A stretch of 64,000 nucleotides of DNA from Chara braunii (Eukaryota > Plantae > Charophyceae): assembly GCA_003427395.1 (NCBI GenBank), contig BFEA01000007.1, forward strand, positions 3,563,210 to 3,627,209, given 5' to 3'. Numbering within the stretch: position 1 is the stretch's first letter; the number at the start of each line of letters is the position of its first letter. The position numbers and the translations under genes are program-made. Below are positions 63,789 through 64,000 of this stretch, piece after piece. Below the pieces are notes generated by a model that made no database searches, was not told where the DNA came from, and worked only from the letters and a program-made list of their open reading frames with translations.

Positions 63789-63998
63789 AGTCTCAATCTC
63801 TCTGTCTGTCTGTCTCTCTCTCACTCTCTCTCTCTCTCACACACACAAACACACATAAACGTGTAATAGTGTATATTTCAATGTTCTCACTGAAGATTGA
63901 TTCGATTTTGCTCATCCTATTGATGGACGTAGCGTGAGGCCAACCGCGGGGTTCGAAACTTACCTGTTGGCCAGTGCGTTGCTCAACCAATCGATATA
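63255..63998. repeat. Tandem array of six ~60-bp modules separated by (CT)n/(CA)n spacers
   Basis: TTTTCATGTTCTAGCGGTAGATTCATTCGATTTTGCTCATCCTATCGATG-like at ~63255, 63365, 63470, 63558, 63655 and 63870. Confidence 0.85.
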
Positions 63999-64000
63999 AA

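Overview
Eukaryotic, repeat-dense genomic DNA with N gaps and many (GA)n/(CA)n tracts. The style of the repeats and TE proteins suggests a streptophyte alga such as Chara; this is an inference. There is one host gene: the last 7 coding exons (4087-15860, +) of a three-RRM hnRNP Q/R (LIF2-like) protein, whose 5' exon(s) were not found in the window. Its introns hold a solo LTR, a Helitron-like element, a 30-bp hairpin and two insertions flanked by unusually long (~124-132 bp) direct repeats with iterated junctions. The rest is nested transposons. (1) Two degenerate minus-strand chromoviruses (Ty3/Gypsy) share one central LTR and carry two non-autonomous DNA elements with CTATG termini and 8-bp TSDs. 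(2) A tRNA-Asp-primed LTR element has a long decayed ORF with an internally duplicated unknown domain. (3) A further tRNA-Met-primed LTR family is present. (4) An 8.7-kb PIF/Harbinger element carries the transposase, the trihelix/Myb-SANT gene and an unexpected third gene. (5) There is also a Tourist-like MITE and a dispersed ~60-bp module that forms a tandem array at the window end. A Nextera mate-pair adapter is assembled in at 49934-49971. The best novelty candidates are the three-gene Harbinger and the long-TSD insertions.
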